From the NCBI RefSeq assembly GCF_964355755.1, contig NC_092672.1, positions 16,691,237 through 16,755,236 on the forward strand: a stretch of 64,000 nucleotides of DNA. The letters run 5' to 3'. How positions within the stretch are numbered: the first letter of the stretch is position 1; each line of letters starts with the position of its first letter. The notes under the pieces were generated by a model. The model searched no databases, was not told the origin of the DNA, and worked only from the letters and a program-made list of their open reading frames with translations. Both the position numbers and the translations under genes were made by a program. The stretch comes from Antedon mediterranea (lineage: Eukaryota > Animalia > Echinodermata). This document shows, in pieces, positions 26,419 through 38,400 of this stretch.

Positions 26419-27660
26419 CTAGTCTTCATCCAATCGAGGATATGTAAATGCTGTATAATTTTGTTCAGGGTCAGGAAAAGCTTCGCTGATTTTATTTATT
26501 ACACAGGATGTAATTGGGACACGCCTGTGTCGCCCAAGATACCTCCAACACCAACGCACAAACTGTCGATACGCTGTATACCTGTATTTCCTGTGCAAAA
26601 AAAAATAACTTGTAAAAAATGATTTTTTGAATAAAAATAAAGGCAAATCAGTTACAAATTACTATACTGCAAAAACATGGTGTTTACCTTTCTATTCTTC
26701 CTTCCACAACGAGTTCATCATATTGAGATGCATACGCAATTTGGAGGGTTGCCGGATTAAGAATGGCAGCTTGGAACCAGGGATGGGTGGTGATACATCC
26801 ATTATGTTCATTTTCCTTATTTTTATCCATTATTTTCTCTACCTGTTTATTTTTAAAAAAAAGTGATATTTTCACTAATGGAATTTATTTACTATCAATC
26901 ATACAATTGAAAATGTATGGTTATGACAGTTTTAATATGGAGCAATTTTATTTTAATACATAATTTAACACTGCTTACTTCTTGACAACAATATCTATTT
27001 TCTCACATTCTCCTCTACAACACCTGTAGTAGAAAAAGAAGGAATATGAATATGTTGTTAGAATGTCTCACTTCTTAAAATATGAAGGTCTAGGCCTAGT
27101 TAGGCTAGTAGACTAGTTAGTAGTACGCCTACTCTACTACTTACTAGCCCTAAAATAAAGCATTTATATATTACTATACTAGCTAGAGGCCTATATGCTA
27201 GGCCTACTAGCCTAGGGACTCCCTAGTCTAGTAGTACTCTAGAGTCTAGGCCTAGTACTAGGAGGCCTAGGATATTATTACTGTATTAATACTAGCTAGG
27301 CTAGCTAGGCCTACTACTAGGCCTAAGGCCTATATAGTTTTAGGCCTTATTAATTATACAGTACTTTATCCCCAAACCTAGACTACCACTTTACTCCCTC
27401 CTTACAAATAAATATACCTACCAATCTCGTCCTTGTCTCAAATGAAGATTTTGTGGTAGGCCCATCGCTGCGAATCCATGTGCTCTAGCCCGATCTCGGT
27501 GGTGTGCAGCATCGCCGCCGAGTAGGCTCACTTCTCCCTCCGCTCAACCAGCGGGCACCCTTGGATCGTTTTCAAACACTCCTCTCCAATTCACTGCAAC
27601 AATATCATGCTCATCTTCGGATGATGCCGAGGACGATAAGGACGACATATCGCTATCCAT
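26419..27660 (-). pseudogene. KolX-like gene (P2X7 C-terminal/ballast-like Cys-rich domain), 4 exons, disrupted
   Basis: Minus-strand exons. 27660-27422: MDSDMSS...GRDW, with in-frame TGA at 27546-27544. 27023-26979: WCCRGEC..., frameshifted into RYCCQE. 26842-26688: ..GCITTHPWF..ILNPATLQIA. 26590-26419: RKYRYTAYRQFVRWCWRYLGRHRRVPITSCVINKISEAFP..YTAF. The WC..C / CC.E / CIT.H..F / R..AYR.F..W...LG...R..lPSC...I...FP motif series is typical of this family. Confidence 0.85.
27085..27350. repeat. CTAG/AGGCCT/AGTACT-rich low-complexity palindromic tract in KolX intron 1
   Basis: Dense short palindromes such as CTAGGCCTAG, TAGTACTA and CTAGCTAG. Confidence 0.7.
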
Positions 27661-28039
27661 TTAAAATTATTGTAAATATTAGATAGTATATAGTAGAAAT
27701 AAAACGTAAAGCTATCTAGCGATTGAAAAATTAAATGGCGTCCATACACAACAAACGAACGAGTCGAAAGTGTATCTGACGCATGCGTATTATCGGTTCG
27801 TGTACCTAGCTTGTGTAGGGTTTGACTGAATGTTTCGGAGAAAATGAGCGTGAAAAACGAAATTAAAAATCAATTTATATAAAAAAATGAAGGAAATATT
27901 CCATAATTTCAACGATTTACGATGTATTAATCATTTAAGAATGAAACTGTAAAGCGGATAAGTTAATATCGAAATAGTTTTGGCGCAGTGGACGATTAAC
28001 CCAAAAATTCCTATCTCCTCCTGTACAAAAGTTTCCGCT

Positions 28040-28051
28040 TGTGACGTCACA
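28040..28051. promoter_or_regulatory. Palindromic CRE-like site TGTGACGTCACA in the right subterminal region
   Basis: Perfect 12-bp palindrome containing TGACGTCA, upstream of the minus-strand gene. Function inferred only. Confidence 0.3.
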
Positions 28052-28179
28052 GGCGGATTTGTTTTCATTTCTTAGGGCTGTTTTCTATGCGTCATCGTCA
28101 TCTCTGAAATGTACTCTAACAGTCAGCTGTATGTAACAGTATATACTACGTGTTGAAAACATAAAATCAAACTTTTTGG

Positions 28180-28197
28180 AATCGTTTCATATCATCT
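28180..28197 (-). repeat. Right TIR of Kolobok element (AATCGTTTCATATCATCT)
   Basis: Exact reverse complement of 23371-23388, followed by TTAA. Confidence 0.95.
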
Positions 28198-29449
28198 TTA
28201 AGCTATTTTGTGCTCTTTGATGTTTTTGTGTGAAAAGTTTTATCGAAATGCTCAAAATGGCCTAAAACGGTTTCTAATGTGATTTTAAGCACTTTGGTGT
28301 TGTTATGTTAACAAGTTTTTTCGAAAAACACAAAATGGTCTAAAATGCGATTTGAAGCTATTCTTAGCACTTTGGTGTTTTTATGTTAACAAGTTTTTTC
28401 GAAAATCACAAAAAGGTCTAAAACGTCTCCAAATACGATTTGAAGCTACTTTTCTGTTTTGTGTGAAATTTTTTTGTCGAAATGCTCAAAATGGTCAAAA
28501 ACGTTTTTAAATACGATATTAAGCTATTTTGTGCTCTTTGATGTTTTTGTGTGAAAAGTTTTATCGAAATGCTCAAAATGGTCTAAAACGGTTTCTAATG
28601 TGATTTTAAGCACTTTGATGTTTTTATGTTAACAAGTTTTTTCGAAAATCACAAAGTGGTCTAAAATGTCTCCAAATGCGATTTGAAGCTATTCTTAGCA
28701 CTTTGGAATTTTTATGTTAACAAGTTTTTTCGAAAATCACAAAAGGGTCTAAAATGTCTCAAAATGCGATTTGAAGCTATTCTAAGCACTTTGGTGTTTT
28801 TATGTTAACAAGTTTTTTCGAAAATCACAAAATGGTCTAAAATGTCTGAAAATGCGATTTGAAGCTATTCTAAGCTCTTTGGTGTTTTTATGTTAACAAG
28901 TTTTTTCAAAAATCACAAAAGGGTCTAAAATGTCTCAAAATGCGATTTGAAGCTAATCTAAGCACTTTGGTGTTTTTATTGTAACAAGTTTTTTCGAAAA
29001 TCACAAAATGGTCTAAAACGTCTCCAAATGCAATTTGAAGCTATTTTAAGCACTTTGGTGTTTTTGTGTAACCAAGTTTTTTTCGAAAATCACAAAAGGG
29101 TCTAAAATGTCTCAAAATGCGATTTGAAGCTATTCTAAGCACTTTGGTGTTTTTATGTTAACAAGTTTTTTCGAAAATCACAAAATGGTCTAAAACGTCT
29201 CCAAATGCGATTTGAAGCTATTCTAAGCACTTTGGTGTTTTTATGTTAACAAGTTTTTTCGGAAATCACAAAAAGGTCTAAAACGTCTCCAAATACGATT
29301 TGAAGCTATTCTGTACACTTTGCTGTTTTGTGTGAAAAATTTTTGTCGAAATGCTCAAAATGGTCAAAAACGTTTTTAAATACGATATTAAGCTATTTTG
29401 TGCTCTTTAATGTTTTTTGTGTGAAAAGTTTTATCGAAATGCTCAAAAT
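28198..29449 (-). repeat. Satellite, reverse orientation (right part of inverted block)
   Basis: Reverse-strand monomers resume at TTAAGCTATTTTG and end at ...ATGCTCAAAAT|CGCATTTGGAG. Confidence 0.97.
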
Positions 29450-32400
29450 CGCATTTGGAGACGTTTTAGACCATTTTTTGATTTTCGAAAAAACTTGTTA
29501 ACATAAAAACACCAAAGTGCTTAGAATAGCTTCAAATCGCATTTTGAGACGTTTTAGACCATTCTGTGATTTTCGAAAAAACTTGTTAACATAAAAACAT
29601 CAAAGTGCTTAAAATCACATTAGAATCCGTTTTAGACCATTTTGAGCATTTCGATAAAACTTTTCAAACAAAAACATCAAAGAGCACAAAATAGCTTAAT
29701 ATCGTATTTAAAAACGTTTTTGACCATTTTGAGCATTTCGACAAAAAATTTTCACACAAAACAGCAAAGTGCACAGAATAACTTCAAATCGCATTTGGAG
29801 ACGTTTTAGACAATTTTGTGATTTTCGAAAAAACTTGTTAACATAAAAACACCAAAGTGCTAAGAATAGCTTCAAATCGCATTTGGAGACATTTTAGACC
29901 ATTTTGTGATTTTCGAAAAAACTTATTAAGATAAAAACATCAAAGTGTACACAATAGCTTCAAATCGCATTTGGAGACGTTTTAGACCATTTTGTGATTT
30001 TCGAAAAAACTTGTTAACATAAAAATTCCAAAGTGCTAAGAATAGCTTCAAATCGCATTTGGAGACATTTTAGACCATTTTGTGATTTTCGAAAAAACTT
30101 GTTAATATAAAAACATCAAAGTGTACAGAATAGCTTCAAATCGCATTTGGAGACGTTTTAGACCCTTTTGTGATTTTTGAAAAAACTTGTTAACATAAAA
30201 ACATCAAAGTGCTTAGAATAGCTTCAAATCGCATCTTGAGACGTTTTAGACCATTCTGTGATTTTCGAAAAAACTTTTTAACATAAAAACATCAAAGTGC
30301 TTAAAATCACATTAGAAACCGTTTTAGACCATTTTGAGCATTTCGATAAAACTTTTCACACAAAAACATTAAAGAGCACAAAATAGCTTAATATCGTATT
30401 TAAAAACGTTTTTGACCATTTTGAGCATTTCGACAAAAATTTTTCACACAAAACAGCAAAGTGTACAGAATAGCTTCAAATTGTATTTGGAGACGTTTTA
30501 GACCTTTTTGTGATTTTCGAAAAAACTTGTTAACATAAAAACACCAAAGTGCTTAGAATAGCTTCAAATCGCATTTTGAGACGTTTTAGACCATTCTGTG
30601 ATTTTCGAAAAAACTTGTTAAGATAAAAACATCAAAGTGCTTAAAATCACATTAGAAACCGTTTTAGACCATTTTGAGCATTTCGATAAAACTTTTCACA
30701 CAAAAACATCAAAGAGCACAAAATAGCTTAATATCGTATTTAAAAACGTTTTTGACCATTTTGAGCATTTCGACAAAAAATTTTCAAACAAAACAGCAAA
30801 GTGCACAGAATAACTTCAAATCGCATTTGGAGACGTTTTAGACCATTTTGTGATTTTCGAAAAAACTTGTTAACATAAAAACACCAAAGTGCTTAGAATA
30901 GCTTCAAATCGCATTTGGAGACGTTTTAGACCATGTTGTGATTTTCGAAAAAACTTTTTAACATAAAAACACCAAAGTGCTTAGAATGGCTTCAAATCGC
31001 ATTTGGAGACATTTTAGACTGTTTTGTGATTTTCGAAAAAACTTAAGATAAAAATATCAAAGTGCTTCAAATCACATTAGAAACCGTTTTAGACCATTTT
31101 GAGCATTTCGACAAAAATTTTTCACACAAAACAGCAAAGTGTACAGAATAGCTTCAAATCGTATTTGGAGACGTTTTAGACCTTTTTGTGATTTTCGAAA
31201 AAACTTGTTAACATAAAAACACCAAAGTGCTTAGAATAGCTTCAAATCGCATTTTGAGACGTTTTAGACCATTCTGTGATTTTCGAAAAAACTTGTTAAC
31301 ATAAAAACATCAAAGTGCTTCAAATCACATTAGAAACCGTTTTAGACCATTTTGAGCATTTCGACAAAAAATTTTCACACAAAACAGCAAAGTGTACAGA
31401 ATAGCTTCAAATCGTATTTGCAGACGTTTTAGACCTTTTTGAGATTTTCGAAAAAACTTGTTAACATAAAAACATCAAAGTGCTTAAAATCACATTAGAA
31501 ACCGTTTTAGACCATTTTGAGCATTTCGATAAAAATTTTCACACAAAACAGCAATGTGCACAGAATAACTTCAGATCGCATTTGGAGACATTTTAGACCA
31601 TTTTGTGTTTTTTTAAAAAACTTGTTAACATAAAAACATCAAAGTGTACAGAATAGCTTCAAATTGCATTTGGAGACGTTTTAGACCATTTTGTGATTTT
31701 CGAAAAAACTTGTTAACATAAAAACACCAAAGTGCTTAGAATAGCTTCAAATCGCATTTTGAGACATTTTAGACCCTTTTGTGATTTTCGAAAAAACTTG
31801 GTTACACAAAAACACCAAAGTGCTTAAAATAGCTTCAAATCGCATTTGGAGACGTTTTAGACCATTTTGTGATTTTCGAAAAAACTTGTTACCATAAAAA
31901 CACCAAAGTGCTTAGAATAGCTTCAAATCGCATTTTGAGACGTTTTAGACCATTCTGTGATTTTCGAAAAAACTTGTTAACATAAAAAAATCAAAGTCCT
32001 TAAAATCACATTAGAAACCGTTTTAGACCAATTTGAGCATTTCGATAAAACTTTTCACACAAAAACATCAAAGAGCACAAAATAGCTTAATATATTATTT
32101 AAAAACGTTTTTGACCATTTTGAGCATTCAAAAAAAAATTTCACACAAAACAGCAAAGTGCACAGAATAACTCCAAATCGCATTTGGAGACGTTTTAGAC
32201 CATTTTGTGATTTTCGAAAAAACTTGTTAACATAAAAACACCAAAGTGCTTACAATAGCTTCAAATCGCATTTTGAGACATTTTAGACCCTTTTGTGATT
32301 TTCGAAAAAAACTTGGTTACACAAAAACACCAAAGTGCTTAAAATAGCTTCAAATCGCATTTGGAGACATTTTAGACTATATTGTGATTTTCGAAAAAAC

Positions 32401-35400
32401 TTGTTAACATAAAAACATCAAAGTGCTTAAAATCACATTAGAAACCGTTTTAGACCATTTTGAGCATTTCGATAAAACTTTTCACACAAAAACATCAAAG
32501 AGCACAAAATAGCTTAATATCGTATTCAAAAACGTTTTTGACCATTTTGAGCATTTCGACAAAAATTTTTCACACAAAACTGCAAAGTGTACAGAATAGC
32601 TTCAAATCGTATTTGGAGACGTTTTAGACCTTTTTGTGATTTTCGAAAAAACTTGTTAACATAAAAACACCAAAGTGCTAAGAATAGCTTCAAATCGCAT
32701 TTGGAGGCATTTTAGACCATTTTGTGATTTTCGAAAAAACTTGTTAACATAAAAACATCAAAGTGTACAGAATAGCTTCAAATCGCATTTGGAGACGTTT
32801 TAGACCATTTTGTGATTTTCGAAAAAACTTGTTAACATAAAAACATCAAAGTGCTTAAAATCACATTAGAAACCGTTTTAGACCATTTTGAGCACTTCGA
32901 TAAAACTTTTCACACAAAAACATCAAAGAGCACAAAATAGCTTAATATCGTAAAAACATCAAAGTGCTTAAAATTCACATTAGAAACCGTTTTAGACCAT
33001 TTTGAGCATTTCGATAAAACTTTTCACACAAAAACATCAAAGAGCACAAAATAGCTTAATATCGTATTTAAAAACTTTTTTGACCATTTTGAGCATTTCG
33101 ACAAAAAAATTTTCAAACAAAACAGCAAAGTGCACAGAATAACTTCAAATCGCATTTGGAGACGTTTTAGACCATTTTGTGATTTTCGAAAAAACTTGTT
33201 AACATAAAAACACCAAAGTGCTTAGAATAGCTTCGAATCGCATTTTGAGACATTTTAGACCCTTTTGTGATTTTCGAAAAAACTTGTTTACACAAAAACA
33301 CCAAAGTGCTTAAAATAGCTTCAAATCGCATTTGGAGACATTTTAGACTATTTTGTGATTTTCGAAAAAACTTGTTAACATAAAAACATCAAAGTGCTTC
33401 AAATCACATTAGAAACCGTTTTAGACCATTTTGAGCATTTCGATAAAACTTTTCACAAAAAAACATCAAAGAGCACAAAATAGCTTAATATCGTATTTAA
33501 AAACGTTTTTGACCATTTTGAGCATTTCGAAAAAAAAATTTTCACACAAAACAGCAAAGTGTACAGAATAGCTTCAAATCGTATTTGGAGACGTTTTAGA
33601 CCTTTTTGTGATTTTCGAAAAAACTTGTTAACATAAAAACACCAAAGTGCTTAGAATAGCTTCAAATCGCATTTGGAGACGTTTTAGACCATTTTTTGAT
33701 TTTCGAAAAAACTTGTTACCATAAAAACACCAAAGTGCTTAGAATAGCTTCAAAAATCATTTTGAGACGTTTTATACCCTTTTGTGATTTTCGAAAAAAC
33801 TTGGTTACACAAAAACACCAAAGTGCTTAAAATAGCTTCAAATCGCATTTGGAGAAGTTTTAAACCATTTTGTGATTTTCGAAAAAACTTGTTAACATAA
33901 AAACATCAAAGTGTACAGAATAACTTCAAATCGCATTTGGAGACATTTTAGACCATTTTGTGGTTTTCGAAAAAACTAGTTAACATAAAAACACCAACGT
34001 GCTTAAAATCACATTAGAAACCGTTTTAGACCATTTTGAGCATTTCGATAAAATTTTTCACACAAAAAACATCAAAGAGCACAAAATAGCTTAATATCGT
34101 ATTTAAAAACGTTTTTGACCATTTTGAGCATTTCGACACAAATTTTCACACAAAACAGCAAAGTGCACAGAATAACTTCAAAGACCATTTTGTGATTTTC
34201 GAAAAAACTTGTTAACATAAAAACATCAAAGTGTACAGAATAGCTTCAAATCGCATTTGGAGACGTTTTAGACCATTTTGTGATTTTCGAAAAAACTTGT
34301 TAACATAAAAACACCAAAGTGCTTAGAATAGCTTGAAATCGCATTTTGAGACATTTTAGACCCTTTTATGATTTTCGAAAAAACTTGGTTAAAAAAAACA
34401 CCAAAGTGCTTAAAATAGCTTCAAATCGCATTTGGAGACTTTTTAGACCATTTTGTGATTTCCGAAAAAACTTGTTAACATAAAAACATCAAAGTGTACA
34501 GAATAGCTTCAAATCGCAGTTGGAGACGTTTTAGATCATTTTGTGATTTTCGAAAAAAAATTGTTAACATAAAAACATCAAAGTGCTTAAAATCACATTA
34601 GAAACCGTTTTAGACCATTTTGAGCATTTCGATAAAACTTGTTAACATAAAAACATCAAAGTGTACAGAATAGCTTCAAATTGCATTTGGAGACGTTTTA
34701 GACCATTTTGTTATTTTCGAAAAAACTTGGTTACACAAAAACACCAAAGTGCTTAAAATAGCTTCAAATCGCATTTGGAGACGTTTTAGACCATTTTGTG
34801 ATTTTCGAAAAAACTTAACATAAAAACATCAAAGTGCTTAAAATCACATTAGAAACCGTTTTAGACCATTTTGAGCATTTCGATAAAACTTTTCACACAA
34901 AAACATCAAAGAGCACAAAATAGCTTAATATCGTATTTAAAAATGTTTTTGACCATTTTGAGCATTTCGACAAAAATTTTTCACACAAAACAGCAAAGTG
35001 TACAGAATAGCTTCAAATCGTATTTGGAGACGTTTTAGACCTTTTTGTGATTTTCGAAAAAACTTGTTAACATAAAAACACCAAAGTGCTAAGAATAGCT
35101 TCAAATCGCAATTGGAGATATTTTAGACCATTTTGTGTTTTTCGAAAGAACTTGTTAACATAAAAACATCAAAGTGCTTAAAATCACATTAGAAACCGTT
35201 TTAGACCATTTTGAGCATTTCGATAAAACTTTTCACACAAAAACATCAAAGAGCACAAAATAGCTTAATATCGTATTTAAAAACGTTTTTGACCATTTTG
35301 AGCATTTCGAAAAAAAATTTTCACACAAAACCGCAAAGTGCACAGAATAACTTCAAATCGCATTTGGAGACGTTTTAGACCCTTCTGTGATTTTCGAAAA

Positions 35401-38400
35401 AACTTGTTAACATAAAAACATCAAAGTGCTTAAAATCACATTAGAAACCGTTTTAGACCATTTTGAGCATTTCGATAAAACTTTTCACACAAAAACATCA
35501 AAGAGCCCAAAATAGATTAATATCGTATTTAAAAACGTTTTTGACCATTTTGAGCATTAAAAAAAATTTCACACAAAACAGCAAAGTGCACAGAATAACT
35601 TCAAATCGCATTTGGAGACGTTTTAGACCATTTTGTGATTTTCGAAAAAAACTTGTTAACATAAAAACACCAAAGTGCTTAGAATAGCTTCAAATCGCAT
35701 TTTGAGACATTTTAGACCCTTTTGTGATTTTCGAAAAAACTTGGTTACACAAAAACACCAAAGTGCTTAAAATCACATTAGAAACCGTTTTAGACCATTT
35801 TGAGGATTTCGATAAAACTTTTCACACAAAAACATCAAAGAGCACAAAATAGCTTAATATCGTATTTAAAAACGTTTTTGACCATTTTGAGCATTTCGAC
35901 AAAAAAATTTCACACAAAACAGCAAAGTGCACAGAATAACTTCAAATCGCATTTGGAGACGTTTTAGACCATTTTGTGATTTTCGAAAAAACTTGTTAAC
36001 ATAAAAACACCAAAGTGCTTAGAATAGCTTCAAATCGCATTTGGAGACGTTTTAGACCATGTTGTGATTTTCGAAAAAACTTAAGATAAAAATATCAAAG
36101 TGCTTCAAATCACATTAGAAACCGTTTTAGACCATTTTGAGCATTTCGACAAAAATTTTTCACACAAAACAGCAAAGTGTACAGAATAGCTTCAAATCGT
36201 ATTTGGAGACGTTTTAGACCTTTTTGTGATTTTCGAAAAAACTTGTTAACATAAAAACACCAAAGTGCTTAGAATAGCTTCAAATCGCATTTTGAGACGT
36301 TTTAGACCATTCTGTGATTTTCGAAAAAACTTGTTAACATAAAAACATCAAAGTGCTTCAAATCACATTAGAAACCGTTTTAGACCATTTTGAGCATTTC
36401 GACAAAAAATTTTCACACAAAACAGCAAAGTGTACAGAATAGCTTCAAATCGTATTTGCAGACGTTTTAGACCTTTTTGAGATTTTCGAAAAAACTTGTA
36501 ACATAAAAACATCAAAGTGCTTCAAATCACATTAGAAACCGTTTTAGACCATTTTGAGCATTTCGACAAAAATTTTTCACACAAAACAGCAAAGTGCACA
36601 GAATAACTTCAAATCGCATTTGGAGACGTTTTAGACCATTCTGTGATTTTCGAAAAAACTTGTTAACATAAAAACATCAAAGTGCTTAAAATCACATTAG
36701 AAACCGTTTTAGACCATTTTGAGCATTTCGATAAAACTTTTCACACAAAAACATCAAAGAGCCCAAAATAGATTAATATCGTATTTAAAAACGTTTTTGA
36801 CCATTTTGAGCATTTCGACAAAAAAATTTCACACAAAACAGCAAAGTGCACAGAATAACTTCAAATCGCATTTGGAGACGTTTTAGACCATTTTGTGATT
36901 TTCGAAAAAACTTGTTAACATAAAAACACCAAAGTGCTTAGAATAGCTTCAAATCGCATTTTGAGACATTTTAGACCCTTTTGTGATTTTTGAAAAAACT
37001 TGTTAACATAAAAACATCAAAGTGCTTCAAATCACATTAGAAACCGTTTTAGACCATTTTGAGCATTTCGAAAAAAAAATTTTCACACAAAACAGCAAAG
37101 TGCACAGAATAACTTCAAATCGCATTTGGAGACGTTTTAGACCTTTTTGTGATTTTCGAAAAAACTTGTTAACATAAAAACACCAAAGTGCTAAGAATAG
37201 CTTCAAATCGCATTTGGAGACATTTTAGACTATTTTGTGTTTTTCGAAAAAACTTGTTAACATAAAAACATCAAAGTGTACAGAATAGCTTCAAATCGCA
37301 TTTTGAGACATTTTAGACTATTTTGTGATTTTCGAAAAAACTTGTTAACATAAAAACATCAAAGTGCTTAAAATCACATTAGAAACCGTTTTAGACCATT
37401 TTAAGCATTTCGATAAAACTTTTCACACAAAAACATCAAAGAGCACAAAATAGCTTAATATCGTATTTAAAAACGTTTTTGACCATTTTGAGCATTTCGA
37501 CAAAAAATTTTTACACAAAACAGCAAAGTGCACAGAATAACTTCAAATCGCATTTGGAGACGTTTTAGACCATTTTGTGATTTTCGAAAAAACTTGTTAA
37601 CATAAAAACATCAAAGTGCTTCAAATCACATTAGAAACCGTTTTAGACCATTTTGAGCATTTCGACAAAACTTTTCACACAAAAACATCAAAGAGCACAA
37701 AATACCTTAATATCGTATTTAAAAACGTTTTTGACCATTTTGAGCATTTCGACAAAAAAATTTCACACAAAACAGCAAAGTGCACAGAATAACTTCAAAT
37801 CGCATTTGGAGACGTTTTAGACCATTTTGTGATTTTGGAAAAAACTTGTTAACATAAAAACACCAAAGTGCTTAGAATAGCTTCAAATCGCATTTTGAGA
37901 CATTTTAGACCCTTTTGTGATTTTTGAAAAAACTTGTTAACATAAAAACATCAAAGGGCTTCAAATCACATTAGAAACCGTTTTAGACCATTTTGAGCAT
38001 TTCGATAAAACTTTTCACACAAAAACATCAAAGAGCACAAAATAGCTTAATATCGTATTTAAAAACGTTTTTGACCATTTTGAGCATTTAGACAAAAAAT
38101 TTTCAAACAAAACAGCAAAGTGCACAGAATAGCTTCAAATCGCATTTGGAGTCGTTTTAGACCATGTTGTGATTTTCGAAAAAACTTTTTAACATAAAAA
38201 CACCAAAGTGCTTAGAATGGCTTCAAATCGCATTTGGAGAAATTCTAGACTATTTTGTGATTTTCGAAAAAACTTAAGATAAAAATATCAAAGTGCTTCA
38301 AATCACATTAGAAACCGTTTTAGACCATTTTGAGCATTTCGACAAAAATTTTTCACACAAAACAGCAAAGTGTACAGAATAGCTTCAAATCGTATTTGGA

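Larger units (their letters stand above)
23371..28197 (+). mobile_element. Kolobok-superfamily DNA transposon, defective (internally deleted transposase)
   Basis: TTAA is duplicated at 23367-23370 and 28198-28201, and removing the element restores the monomer (GATATTAAGCTATTTT). The 18-bp TIRs are perfect. Purine-purine start (AG...CT), TTAA TSD and convergent THAP-transposase plus KolX-like genes are the Kolobok signature. Confidence 0.9.

Noticed and set aside
26419-26875. Host P2X7 receptor gene
   Set aside because: Only the C-terminal-like domain is present, with no transmembrane or ectodomain exons, and it lies inside TIRs.
23371-28197. piggyBac assignment because of the TTAA TSD
   Set aside because: The ends are AG...CT rather than CC...GG, and the THAP-transposase plus convergent KolX-like gene fits Kolobok.
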